The position numbers and the translations under genes are program-made. The notes beneath the pieces are model-generated. The model was not told the DNA's origin, did not search any database, and was given only the letters and a program-made list of their open reading frames with translations. Below are positions 45,025-54,369 of a DNA stretch of 64,000 bases, piece by piece. Numbering within the stretch: position 1 is the stretch's first letter; each line of letters begins with the position of its first letter. Source of the DNA: an uncultured Myxococcales bacterium (GTDB taxonomy: Bacteria > Myxococcota_A > UBA9042); assembly GCA_903919145.1 (NCBI GenBank), contig CAIXGW010000139.1, positions 33,927 to 97,926 of the forward strand, written 5' to 3'.

Positions 45025-46275
45025 ATGAGCAACATCTCGCGACGCAAGGCCTTGGCTCGGCTAGCCGCCACCGGCGCGGGGTCTGGCGCGGCCCTGCTGG
45101 CTGCCAGCGCCTGCACCACCCCGCAAGGAGAAAGGCCCGCCATGAAGACTGACCCCAGCTCGCCGCCGCAGCAGGCGGCCCCAGCGCAGCCCGCGCCCAC
45201 TGCCGCAAAACCGCCTGCCACAGGTCCGGCTGCCACCGAGCCGGCGGCTGCGGAGTCGATGGTCGACGCGGTGGTGCGGTTGGTCGACCTGGGGGCGCCG
45301 CCGTGGCCGACCCAGGATCCTTTTCTGTTTTGCGTGCACCACAACGACGCCTATCCCGCAGGCAACGGGGCCTTTGGCCCAGCCGTGTCGCTGGCGGGGC
45401 GGCAGATCGGCCAGGATTTCGCCAACAAAGACGGCTGGAACATGTACCACGGCGAGCGGGTGCCCGGCTTTCCGTCTCATCCCCACCGCGGGTTTGAGAC
45501 AGTGACGGTGGTGCGCAAGGGCTTGGTCGATCACAGCGACTCGCTGGGCGCCGCGGCCCGCTACGGCCAGGGCGATGTGCAGTGGCTGACGGCCGGACGG
45601 GGCATCCAGCACGCCGAGATGATGCCGCTGCTGGCTCAGGATGGGCCCAATCCGCTGGAGCTGTTTCAGATTTGGCTCAACCTTCCGGCCAAGGACAAGA
45701 TGGCCGAGCCGCACTTCACCATGCTGTGGGGGCCGGCGATTCCGCGGCGGACCTATGCCGACAGCGCGGGGCGGACCACCGAGCTGGTGGTCATGGCGGG
45801 CAGCCACGACGGCCTGGTGCCGCCGCCGCCGCCGCCCAACTCCTGGGGCGCCAAGCCCGAGTCGGATCTGGCGATTTGGACCCTCAAGCTGGCGCCGGGG
45901 GCCCAGTGGACCCTTCCCGCCGCCAAGCCGGGCACGATGCGCAGCCTGTACTTCTACAAGGGCCAGACGCTGCAGCTGGGGCCTCGCCAGGTGCCGGTGG
46001 GTAAGGTGGCACAGATGAAGGGCGACGTGGCGGTCACCCTGGTCAACGGTCCGCAAGAGACCGAGCTGCTGCTGCTGCAGGGGCGGCCGATTGGCGAGCC
46101 GGTGTCTTCCTACGGGCCGTTTGTGATGAACACCCGGGCCGAGATCGAGCAGGCCTTTGCCGACTACCAGCGGACCCGCTTTGGCGGCTGGCCGTGGCCA
46201 GACAGTGCGCCGGTGCACGGCACCCAGGGGCGGTTTGCCCGCCGACCCGATGGCAAGGTAGAGAAGGCCAGCTGA
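45025..46275 (+). CDS. Pirin-family (bicupin) protein with Tat signal and lipobox (predicted periplasmic lipoprotein)
   Basis: ATG 45025 preceded by AAGAGGCAACG. N-terminus MSNISRRKALARLAATGAGSGAALLAASAC is a Tat motif (SRRKAL) plus lipobox. Cupin motifs HPHRGFETVTVVRKG ... GDVQWLTAGRGIQHAEM. Pro/Ala-rich linker follows the signal. The 5' extension of the ORF track (44767-) is rejected. Confidence 0.85.
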   Translation: MSNISRRKALARLAATGAGSGAALLAASACTTPQGERPAMKTDPSSPPQQAAPAQPAPTAAKPPATGPAATEPAAAESMVDAVVRLVDLGAPPWPTQDPFLFCVHHNDAYPAGNGAFGPAVSLAGRQIGQDFANKDGWNMYHGERVPGFPSHPHRGFETVTVVRKGLVDHSDSLGAAARYGQGDVQWLTAGRGIQHAEMMPLLAQDGPNPLELFQIWLNLPAKDKMAEPHFTMLWGPAIPRRTYADSAGRTTELVVMAGSHDGLVPPPPPPNSWGAKPESDLAIWTLKLAPGAQWTLPAAKPGTMRSLYFYKGQTLQLGPRQVPVGKVAQMKGDVAVTLVNGPQETELLLLQGRPIGEPVSSYGPFVMNTRAEIEQAFADYQRTRFGGWPWPDSAPVHGTQGRFARRPDGKVEKAS

Positions 46276-46383
46276 GCCCGGCGCAGCCGAAGGTACCCAT
46301 TTCGGTCCGGGCTGCTGCGGGTTCTGCTGGGCAGGCCCGGTGCTGTCAGACCTCGGACCCCATTCATGGGTCTTTCGCCGCCC

Positions 46384-47058
46384 CTAGTTGTCGGGCGATG
46401 CCTTCTGCCTCGACACCGCCGCGGTAAAGCCAGAGACCGCCCAGTCCGGCCGGGGCAGCTCGATCGCCCGACCGGTGGTGCCAAAGGCCTTTCCGCCCAG
46501 GCGAGACAGCGGGTCCAGCACCAGCGGGTCGATGCCCTGCAGGTGGTCGCTCCAGATGGCGTCATCCACGTGAAAGCACAGCACTTCAACAAGGACCAGA
46601 GCCTGGGTTGCCGGCGTGCCCACCCACACGATCTGACTCAGCTTGGCTTCCATCTGCACCGGGCACTCGCGGATCCGCGGCGGCCGCACGTGGACGCTCG
46701 GCAGCGCCGTCAGCCCACAGTGCTGCAGCTCCGACACGCCAGGGGGCAGCTCTGCCGCGGCGCCGTTGACCGCTTCGGCCAGCGCCACCGGGGCAATGTG
46801 AACCACCAACTCGCCGTTGGCCTGGATGTTGGCCAGCGTGTCCTTGGGCTGCAGTGCCCCTTGCCAGTTGCGCTGGCCGATCGACAGCGCCAGCAGCGGC
46901 GGTCGGCTCGACACCGCAGTAAAGAACGAGAAAGGCGCCAAGTTGACCACGCCCTGGCCATCTACGGTGGTCACAAAGGCGATGGGCCGCGGCACAACGG
47001 CTGAAATCAACAGCGCATAGGCGTCTTTGGCTGAGATCTGGCTGGCGTCAAAGCGCAT
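46384..47058 (-). CDS. Flavin reductase-like FMN-binding domain protein
   Basis: ATG 47058 preceded by GGAG. MRFDASQISAKDAYALLISAVVPRPIAFVTTVDGQGVVNLAPFSFFTAVSSRPPLLALSI is the flavin-reductase family signature. 224 aa. The long N-terminal extension in the ORF track is rejected. Confidence 0.8.
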   Translation of the reverse strand: MRFDASQISAKDAYALLISAVVPRPIAFVTTVDGQGVVNLAPFSFFTAVSSRPPLLALSIGQRNWQGALQPKDTLANIQANGELVVHIAPVALAEAVNGAAAELPPGVSELQHCGLTALPSVHVRPPRIRECPVQMEAKLSQIVWVGTPATQALVLVEVLCFHVDDAIWSDHLQGIDPLVLDPLSRLGGKAFGTTGRAIELPRPDWAVSGFTAAVSRQKASPDN

Positions 47059-47110
47059 GGCGGTGGCTCCGCAGCAAGTGGGGTAGAAGCAGCGGCCGGC
47101 TCGGCACGGG

Positions 47111-50100
47111 TCAGTAGTTGTTCTTGGTCCACTTGAGGCGGTACGGACGCACGTTGTGCTTGTCCTTTGAGGTCTTGCCCTTGACCTTGACCAAAAAGTA
47201 GCCCTTGAAGTCCTGGTTGGGCACGTTGGCAAAGGCATAGCACGAGTCGGCGGCATCACCGGCATTGGCGCTAGAACAGCTGGCATAGCTGCCGTCAGCA
47301 TTGGTGATTTCCAGGTCATAGTTGATGCCGGTGGGCAAGCCAGAGATGGTCACCGTGTAGCCGGTCCAGTAGCCAAAGATCGGCAAGCGGTAGTAGTCGA
47401 CGTCGCCCTGGCGGTCGATAAACGCCTGGATGTCGCCCTGGGGCCCGGCCAGAATCGGCGCCTTGGCAGGGTCGCCATTGGGTTCGTAGGAGTCGTACTG
47501 GCCGTTGAATTGCATGGGGTTAAGGTACATTCGGTCGCCCCACCAGTCGATTCGTTCGGGGCTCCAGCTGTTCTCGCCAAGTTCATAGCAAGCCATGTAC
47601 TGCCCGTCGCCAAACATCACCTCCATGCGGCCATCGTGGTCCATGTCGGCCACCGTAGAGCTCTGGACGCCGCCGCCCTTGGTGGGCACCGGCCAGCCGG
47701 GCACTGACTTGCCGTTGGCGCCCACGATGTTGTTGCCCGCCAGCTGCTCCATGACGCCATCGCCGTTGAGGTCGGCAAACACCGAGCCGTAGTCGGCGCC
47801 CCAGCTCCACTTGCCGCTGTGGGTCAGGTCCATGGGCAGGCCGCTCAAGTTGCCGCTGGCCAGCACGTTGCCGGTGGCGTCGAGCAGGTAGCCGCCGTTG
47901 GGCGGGAACACCAGCTCGGTCTTGCCGTTGCCGCTGTAGTCGAGCACCGCGGCGCTAGAGGTCCACCAGTACTTTTGGCCAGTGGCCCAGCACTTGTCTG
48001 GATTGGCCGGATCAAGGGGGCAGAAGCGCTTGAAGCTGTCAGAAGCTTTGTCATAGCGCCACGCGTAGATGCGCCCGTCTGGGTGGTCGCCTTCGGATCC
48101 GGAGCCGTAGCCCGAGCCAGCCATCACTTCCAGCACGCCGTCGCCGTCCAGGTCGACCATCACCGGCGAGTAGATTTCCCAGGCGCCCGCGGCGTCGGTG
48201 ACCAAGGTGTGGACCTTGCCCGGGCCCCACTTGCCGTTGCCATCCCAGGTGCCGGCGTTGAGCACGTAGCCAGACCAGATCGAGGTGGCCACGTCAGGCA
48301 CGCCGTCGCCGGTGACGTCTCCTACCGCGGCGCTGCCGTAGCTGCCGCTGATGTCAGCCCTCTTGCCGTTGCGGTCGTAGACGCCGTTCAGGCAGACCAC
48401 GTCCCAGTCAAAATCGGGGCGCGCATCCAGCTGGGCTACCGTGGGCCGCCACCATGAGCTGCTGCAGCCGGGCAGGTCGATCTTCTTTTCGCCCAAGGCG
48501 TTCAGGACCTGGGCGCGGCAGCCCACAATCAGGTCGCCAGTGCCGTCATTGTCAAGATCGACGGGAGCCACCGGGCACTGCACGTCGCCGGGGCCCATAA
48601 AGACTGGCCACTTGCCGGCACACGGCGTGGGGCAGGTCTGGTCCTTGCTGCCATTGCAGTCGTTGTCTTTGCCGTCGCACAAGTCCAAGGCACCTGGGTA
48701 GATGGTGACGTCGGAGTCGTCGCAGTCCCAGTCGGGCGAGCCGTCGCTCTTGACGTCCTTGGCCGTGGCCCAACCGACCGGCACATTGCACTTCTCCTGC
48801 TTGGCGGCGTTGGCCGAGGCAAAGCTGTCGCCGTCATTGTCCTTGTAGATGAGCTGCACCGAAAGGCCATCGTCGATCAGGCTGTTGCAGTCATCGTCCA
48901 GGTCGTTGCAGACTTCCTTGGCGCCGGGGGACATGTTCTTGTTGAAGTCGTTGCAGTCTCCGGACTCGGCGGTGTAGCCCTTGGGGGCCGTGCAGGCGAG
49001 CTGCGACGTGACCGAGCCGTAGCCGTCGCCGTCGTTGTCTTTGTAGAAAGCGATCAAGGTGTTTTCGTCAGCCTGGCTGTTGCAGTTGTCATCGACGCCG
49101 TTGCAGGTCTCTGCCTTGCCCGGATAGACCGCGGCCTCGTTGTCATTGCAGTCGCCGGTCTTGTTGGCTGTCCACTCGCCTGTGGCTTTGCAGTAGCACA
49201 CGGCGGTGACGTTGGCGCCAAACTGGTCTTTGTCTTTGTCTGGATAGAAGTTGCTGCAGCCGGTGGCGCCAATCGGGTCGGTCTGGCCGTCGCAGTTGTC
49301 GTCTGCGCCGTTGCACACTTCGGCGGCGCCTGGCTTGGCGTTGGCGCTGCCGTCGTTGCAGTCGCCGCCCACAAAGGCGGTGTAGGGGTACTTGGCGGCC
49401 CCAAGGCACTGCTTGTCGCCGTCGATGCCGTAGCCGTCCTGGTCGCCGTCTTTGAAGTAGTCGCTGCAGCCCTGGCAGCCCGACTCGTCGGTCTGGCCGT
49501 TGCAGTTGTTGTCCTTGGTGTCCAAGCACTTTTCGGTCTGGGCGGGGTACACGGCCGGGTCGGTGTCCAGGCAGTCGCCGCCCTGCTTGGCGGTGTAATT
49601 GCCGGCCGGCGAGCAGGAGCACTTGGCGGCGCCGATGCCCGCGCCATCGCCATCGACATCGCTGTAGAATTGAATGCATCCTTTGGCATTTTCGTCATTT
49701 TCGCTGCCGTTGCAGTTGTCGTCCTTGCCGTTGCCGCAGGTCTCTGGCTGGGCTGGGTGCACCGCGCCGTCCAGGTCGTTGCAGTCGCCCGCCTGGCTGG
49801 CCACAAAGGTGCCGGTCTTGGCGCAGAGGCACTTCTCGCTGCCCGAACCCCAGCTGTCGCCGTCGCCATCGGCAAACAACTTGATGCAACCGCTGGCATT
49901 TTCTTCATCGGTGGCGCCATTGCAGTTGTCGTCTGCCTGGTTGCAGGCCTCGGCGGCGCTGGGGTACACCTTGGCGTTGCCGTCGTCGCAGTCGCCGCCT
50001 TTTTGGGCCTTGTACTTGCCGCTAGACATGGTCAGGCACTTCTTGTCGCCGTCGATGCCAAAGCCGTCGCCGTCGCCGTCCAGGAACAACACCGTGCAGC

Positions 50101-52621
50101 CCAGGCAGTTTTCTTCGTCGGTCTGGCCATTGCAGTCGTTGTCTTTGGTGTCGCTGCATTTTTCGGCCTGGTTGGGCGCAATGGCCGGGTCCTTGTCATT
50201 GCAGTCGCCGGCGGTCTTGGCGCTGACTTCGCTGGTCGCAGTGCACAGGCAGCTGCCGGCGCCGTCGCCCACGCCATCGCCATCGCCGTCGGCATAGAAC
50301 TTGTTGCAGCCCTGGGCATCCACGTCGTTCTCGCTGCCGTTGCAGTTGTCGTCTTTGCCGTTGCCGCACAATTCCTTGGCCTTGGGGTGGATGGCCGCGT
50401 CGGCGTCATTGCAGTCGCCGCCGCCGCTGGCGCTGTAGGGGGCGGTGGCGCCGCACAGGCACTTGACCAGGGTCACGCCAAAGCCGTCGGCGTCTTCGTC
50501 GAAGTAGAAGGCCTTGCAGCCCTCCGCGTCGGCTTCGTCAATGCCGCTGTCGCAGTCGTCGTCTACGCCGTTGCACACCTCCTTGGCGAGCTTGCTGATG
50601 GCCTTGTTGGCGGGCTGGCAGTCGCTGGCGTTGGGGTCGCCGTCGCCGTCCTTGTCGGGGTCGCAGGCGTCGCCCAGGCCGTCTTCGTCCAGGTCTTTTT
50701 GGTCGGTGTTGGCCACGGCCGGGCAGTTGTCCACCGCTGTCACCTGCGGGCACCCCGCGGCATTGTTGACCACCATGTCGGCGTCGCTGTCGCAGTCGCA
50801 GGCGTCGCCCTGCAGGTCAGTGTCGGCGTCGGCCTGGGCCGGATTGGCAGCCCACGGACAGTTGTCCACGCTGTTGGCCACGCCGTCGGAGTCCCAGTCG
50901 TTCTCGCAGACATCGCCGATCTTGTTGGCATTGACGTCGGCCTGGTCGGCGTTGGACTTGCCGGGGCAGTTGTCGGCGCCGTTGGCCACGCCGTCGCCGT
51001 CCATGTCGGCGTCGCAGGGGTCGCCAGCCAGGTCTTCGTCCAGGTCGGTCTGGCTTGGGTTGGCGGCCAGCGGGCAATTGTCTTTGAGGTCGGCGATGCT
51101 GTCATTGTCGTCATCGTCGTCGCAGGCGTCGCCCTGGCCATCTTTGTCTTGGTTGGCTTGGTCGGTGTTGGGGGCCATGGGGCAATTGTCCAGTCCATTG
51201 GCCACGGTGTCCGAGTCCTGGTCGCCGTCGCACGCGTCGCCAGCGCCATCGCCATCGCCATCCAACTGGTCGGAGTTGGCGGCCAAGGGGCAGTTGTCCT
51301 GGGTCACATCCCCCGGGCAGGCCACGGCGGGGCTGATAGTTCCGGAATTGGCTGGCAGAGGATTGGCGATGCCGTCGCCGTCGCCGTCGCAGTCGCAGGC
51401 GTTGCCCAGGCCGTCGCCGTCGCCGTCTGCCTGGGTGGCGTTGGCCGCCAGCGGGCAATTGTCTTCATTGTCAAAGATCTTGTCATTGTCGTCATCGGGG
51501 TCGCAGGCATCGCCCTGGCCGTCTCCGTCGGTGTCGGTCTGGTCGGCGTTGAGGGTGACCGGGCAATTGTCGGCGGCGTCGCTGGCTCCATCGCCGTCGT
51601 CATCGGCATCCACGCAGTCGGCCTGCGGATCGCCATCGCTGTTGACAAACCCTTCATCTGTCTGCCCAGAGCAGTTGTCGTCAATGTCATTGCACACTTC
51701 CGCCGCGGCACCGGCACCTTGGCACAGCACCTGGCCGCCCACGCACTGGGTCTTGCCCTTGCACTCGCCATAGACGTTCTTGATGGGGCAGTCGACGGCG
51801 GCTACCTCTTCGTCGGTGCCGCCGTCGCAGTCGTCGTCCTTGAGATTGCAGGACTCTGCCTCAGGAATCTGGCCGCCACAGCTGCCCTCGGTGCCGGCGG
51901 TGCAGGTGTAGCTGCCGGCGCAGGTGCCAAAGGCGTTGCTGTTCTTGCAGGCGCCGCTCTTGCCATCGGCACAGCTGCACTGGTTGCCCGGTGGCACGCA
52001 CACGTCGCTGCCCGCCGCCTGCTTGGTGCAGGTGAAGCCGGCGCCGACGCAGCTCTTGCCCTCGCCGCAGGGCTGCACGCAGTGGCTGCCTTTGCCCAGG
52101 TCGACGCACAGGCCCTTGTTGCCCTTGCCCAGGTCGCAGTCGGCGTCTTTGGCGCAAGGCAGGCACTGAAAGGGCGCGCGGTGCAAGCACAAATTCATGA
52201 TGTCGCCGCCTGCAGTGGTCTGCAGGCACTCGTAGTCGCTGGGGCACGCGGTGATGCACGGCTGAGCGCACTCTTTGCCGGCGGGGGTCATCTGGCACAC
52301 CAGCGATGCGCAATCCTCATTGTTTTGGCAGGGGATGCTCTTGTAAGGGACATCCGCGGCCCCCAGATCGATGGCCTGGACGTCTGAACCGGCCGTGTCC
52401 TCTTCCACTTCGGGCTCGGCGCTGTCCAGGGCGTCGGCTTGCCCGTCGGCATCGGCCACTACCGCTGGCGTGCCCTCTACCTTGGTTTCGTCGCTGCAAC
52501 CCGGAGCTGCCAACCCGATGGCCGCAAGGGCCGCCAGCAAGCGAACCAGCCGGAAAAAGCTGAGGTAGGGCAGGGTGTTGGTCTTGGGGCAAGAGGCCGG
52601 GGTGGGCCGCTGAGAGGGCAT
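47111..52621 (-). CDS. Giant (~1836 aa) secreted lipoprotein with many thrombospondin type-3 (TSP3) Ca-binding repeats, MopE-like putative metal-binding CNG-DDNCNG motifs, FG-GAP/VCBS-like segments and a C-terminal beta domain
   Basis: ATG 52621. Signal/lipobox LVRLLAALAAIGLAAPGC|SDET. TSP3-type repeats DxDxDGxxDxxDNCPxxxNxxQxDxD (e.g. DADDDGDGASDAADNCPVTLNADQTDTDGDGQGDACD). Recurring CNGADDNCDGQTDP / CGNGKDDNCNGSENDVDAQGC / CDGKDNDCNGSKDQ motifs. Antisense ORFs across it are rejected. Confidence 0.8.
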   Translation of the reverse strand: MPSQRPTPASCPKTNTLPYLSFFRLVRLLAALAAIGLAAPGCSDETKVEGTPAVVADADGQADALDSAEPEVEEDTAGSDVQAIDLGAADVPYKSIPCQNNEDCASLVCQMTPAGKECAQPCITACPSDYECLQTTAGGDIMNLCLHRAPFQCLPCAKDADCDLGKGNKGLCVDLGKGSHCVQPCGEGKSCVGAGFTCTKQAAGSDVCVPPGNQCSCADGKSGACKNSNAFGTCAGSYTCTAGTEGSCGGQIPEAESCNLKDDDCDGGTDEEVAAVDCPIKNVYGECKGKTQCVGGQVLCQGAGAAAEVCNDIDDNCSGQTDEGFVNSDGDPQADCVDADDDGDGASDAADNCPVTLNADQTDTDGDGQGDACDPDDDNDKIFDNEDNCPLAANATQADGDGDGLGNACDCDGDGDGIANPLPANSGTISPAVACPGDVTQDNCPLAANSDQLDGDGDGAGDACDGDQDSDTVANGLDNCPMAPNTDQANQDKDGQGDACDDDDDNDSIADLKDNCPLAANPSQTDLDEDLAGDPCDADMDGDGVANGADNCPGKSNADQADVNANKIGDVCENDWDSDGVANSVDNCPWAANPAQADADTDLQGDACDCDSDADMVVNNAAGCPQVTAVDNCPAVANTDQKDLDEDGLGDACDPDKDGDGDPNASDCQPANKAISKLAKEVCNGVDDDCDSGIDEADAEGCKAFYFDEDADGFGVTLVKCLCGATAPYSASGGGDCNDADAAIHPKAKELCGNGKDDNCNGSENDVDAQGCNKFYADGDGDGVGDGAGSCLCTATSEVSAKTAGDCNDKDPAIAPNQAEKCSDTKDNDCNGQTDEENCLGCTVLFLDGDGDGFGIDGDKKCLTMSSGKYKAQKGGDCDDGNAKVYPSAAEACNQADDNCNGATDEENASGCIKLFADGDGDSWGSGSEKCLCAKTGTFVASQAGDCNDLDGAVHPAQPETCGNGKDDNCNGSENDENAKGCIQFYSDVDGDGAGIGAAKCSCSPAGNYTAKQGGDCLDTDPAVYPAQTEKCLDTKDNNCNGQTDESGCQGCSDYFKDGDQDGYGIDGDKQCLGAAKYPYTAFVGGDCNDGSANAKPGAAEVCNGADDNCDGQTDPIGATGCSNFYPDKDKDQFGANVTAVCYCKATGEWTANKTGDCNDNEAAVYPGKAETCNGVDDNCNSQADENTLIAFYKDNDGDGYGSVTSQLACTAPKGYTAESGDCNDFNKNMSPGAKEVCNDLDDDCNSLIDDGLSVQLIYKDNDGDSFASANAAKQEKCNVPVGWATAKDVKSDGSPDWDCDDSDVTIYPGALDLCDGKDNDCNGSKDQTCPTPCAGKWPVFMGPGDVQCPVAPVDLDNDGTGDLIVGCRAQVLNALGEKKIDLPGCSSSWWRPTVAQLDARPDFDWDVVCLNGVYDRNGKRADISGSYGSAAVGDVTGDGVPDVATSIWSGYVLNAGTWDGNGKWGPGKVHTLVTDAAGAWEIYSPVMVDLDGDGVLEVMAGSGYGSGSEGDHPDGRIYAWRYDKASDSFKRFCPLDPANPDKCWATGQKYWWTSSAAVLDYSGNGKTELVFPPNGGYLLDATGNVLASGNLSGLPMDLTHSGKWSWGADYGSVFADLNGDGVMEQLAGNNIVGANGKSVPGWPVPTKGGGVQSSTVADMDHDGRMEVMFGDGQYMACYELGENSWSPERIDWWGDRMYLNPMQFNGQYDSYEPNGDPAKAPILAGPQGDIQAFIDRQGDVDYYRLPIFGYWTGYTVTISGLPTGINYDLEITNADGSYASCSSANAGDAADSCYAFANVPNQDFKGYFLVKVKGKTSKDKHNVRPYRLKWTKNNY

Positions 52622-52788
52622 GGAAACCTGCTTGAAAAAGGGACGGCGAGCGCTACGGCAGCCAAGCAGGGCAGCATGCACAGCGGGTACCGATGGGTCA
52701 ATTCGATTCACCACCGGTCGGTCACGCCAATTGCCTCCCGGATCGCCTGACGCAGAGGGGCAGGATGCGCGACCCTGCCCAACGCTTT

Positions 52789-52798
52789 GGCAATTGCC
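52789..52798. promoter_or_regulatory. Perfect 10 bp palindrome GGCAATTGCC 69 nt upstream of zwf (plus a 9/10 copy GCCAATTGCC at 52726-52735 and a GGGCAGG-N9-CCTGCCC hairpin between them); candidate operator
   Basis: Read directly from sequence. The identical 10-mer recurs 58 nt upstream of glgP (60797-60806). See findings. Confidence 0.3.
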
Positions 52799-52866
52799 GG
52801 GGGCGGCCTGGGGTGCATTTACTCGCGCGGGTCCATGCGGTACGGTCAGATGCACAGGAGGCCCGC

Positions 52867-54369
52867 ATGTCCATCGTCCCCGCAGCGCCGCTGCCGCCCG
52901 CCCAGGTCGTGATTTTTGGTGCGTCTGGCGACCTGACGGCGCGCAAGCTGATCCCCGCCCTGGCCGACAGCGCCCGCGCCGGCTCTTTTCGCTGCCCGGT
53001 GCAGGTCATTGGCGTTGCCCGCAGCCCCAAGACCGACGTTTCTTGGCGCGCCGAGCTGCAGCAGTGGCTCACACCCGAGCAGCTAGAGGTGTGGCCGACG
53101 CTGGCTCCCAACATCCACTACGTCGCCATTGGCGAGAGTGCGGCTGGCGATTTTGAGCGGCTCAAGGGCGAGCTCGACCGCTTGGCCGGGCCAGAGGTGG
53201 AGCGAGTCGGCCGCCTGTTCTACCTTGCCATCAAACCTGAACTTTTTGGCAGCACGGTCGAGCAGCTGGCTGCCCAGGGCATGCTGGCGTGCGACCAGGT
53301 GCGCGTCGATGGCTGGCGGCGGGTGGTCATAGAGAAGCCTTTTGGCCGCGACCTGGTGACGGCTCAGTGGCTCAACATCACCCTGCGCAAGCACCTGCGC
53401 GAAGACCAGATCTACCGGATTGACCACTACCTGGGCAAAGAGACCGTGCAGAACGTGCTGGCCTTTCGCTTTCAAAATGCCATCTTTGAGCCCATTTGGA
53501 ACCGCAGCCATGTCGAGTCGGTCGAGATCAGCGTCTGCGAAGAGCTGGGCATGGAGTCCGGCCGCGGTCGCTACTACGACACCGCCGGGGCGCTGCGCGA
53601 TATGGTCGCCAACCACCTGCTGCAGCTGCTGTGTCTGGTGGCCATGGAGCCGCCGGCCAGCCTAGACGCCGATGCGGTCCGCAGTGAAAAAGTCAAGGTT
53701 CTTGATTCATTGGATGTCTACCACAGCCCAGAGGACGTGTGGCAGCACGTGGTACGCGGCCAGTACAGCGCCACCCACAACCAGCCGGGCTACCTGCAGG
53801 AAGAAGGCGTGGCTGGCGAATCGCAGACAGAGACCTATGTGGCCCTGGTAGCGCGTCTGCACAACTGGCGCTGGAACGGCGTCAAATTCTTCTTGCGGAC
53901 CGGCAAAAAACTCAAGCAGCGCTACACCGAGATCATCGTGCGTTTTCGGGTGCCGCCGGTGGACCTGTTTCAGGGTCCGATTCACGCCGATGTCTGCCGG
54001 TTGCGCCCCAACGCGCTCAGCTTTCGCATTCAGCCTGAAGAGGGCATCCGCTTGCATTTTCTGGTCAAGCAGCCGGGTACGGGCCATCTGATGAGGCAGG
54101 CGCACCTTGGGTTTGACTACAAAGAGCTGTTTGGAGCTGCGACGCCGCCGGCCTACCAGCGCCTGCTGATGGATGCCTTGCACGGCAACGCCACCCTGTT
54201 TACCCGCGGAGACGAGGCTGAGGCCGCCTGGCGCTTCTGCGACGCCATCCGCCAGGGCTGGGAAGCCCCGGGGGCGCCGCCGCCGGCCCAGTACGCCAGC
54301 GGCTCGTGGGGGCCGGCAGAGGCAGACGAGCTGTTTCAGGGCTGCGAAGGGATCTGGGGGATACCATGA
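52867..54369 (+). CDS. zwf: Glucose-6-phosphate 1-dehydrogenase
   Basis: ATG 52867 preceded by CACAGGAGGCCCGC. NADP-binding VIFGASGDLTARKLIPAL, active-site RIDHYLGKE, 500 aa. Stop overlaps the pgl ATG (ATGA). Confidence 0.9.
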   Translation: MSIVPAAPLPPAQVVIFGASGDLTARKLIPALADSARAGSFRCPVQVIGVARSPKTDVSWRAELQQWLTPEQLEVWPTLAPNIHYVAIGESAAGDFERLKGELDRLAGPEVERVGRLFYLAIKPELFGSTVEQLAAQGMLACDQVRVDGWRRVVIEKPFGRDLVTAQWLNITLRKHLREDQIYRIDHYLGKETVQNVLAFRFQNAIFEPIWNRSHVESVEISVCEELGMESGRGRYYDTAGALRDMVANHLLQLLCLVAMEPPASLDADAVRSEKVKVLDSLDVYHSPEDVWQHVVRGQYSATHNQPGYLQEEGVAGESQTETYVALVARLHNWRWNGVKFFLRTGKKLKQRYTEIIVRFRVPPVDLFQGPIHADVCRLRPNALSFRIQPEEGIRLHFLVKQPGTGHLMRQAHLGFDYKELFGAATPPAYQRLLMDALHGNATLFTRGDEAEAAWRFCDAIRQGWEAPGAPPPAQYASGSWGPAEADELFQGCEGIWGIP

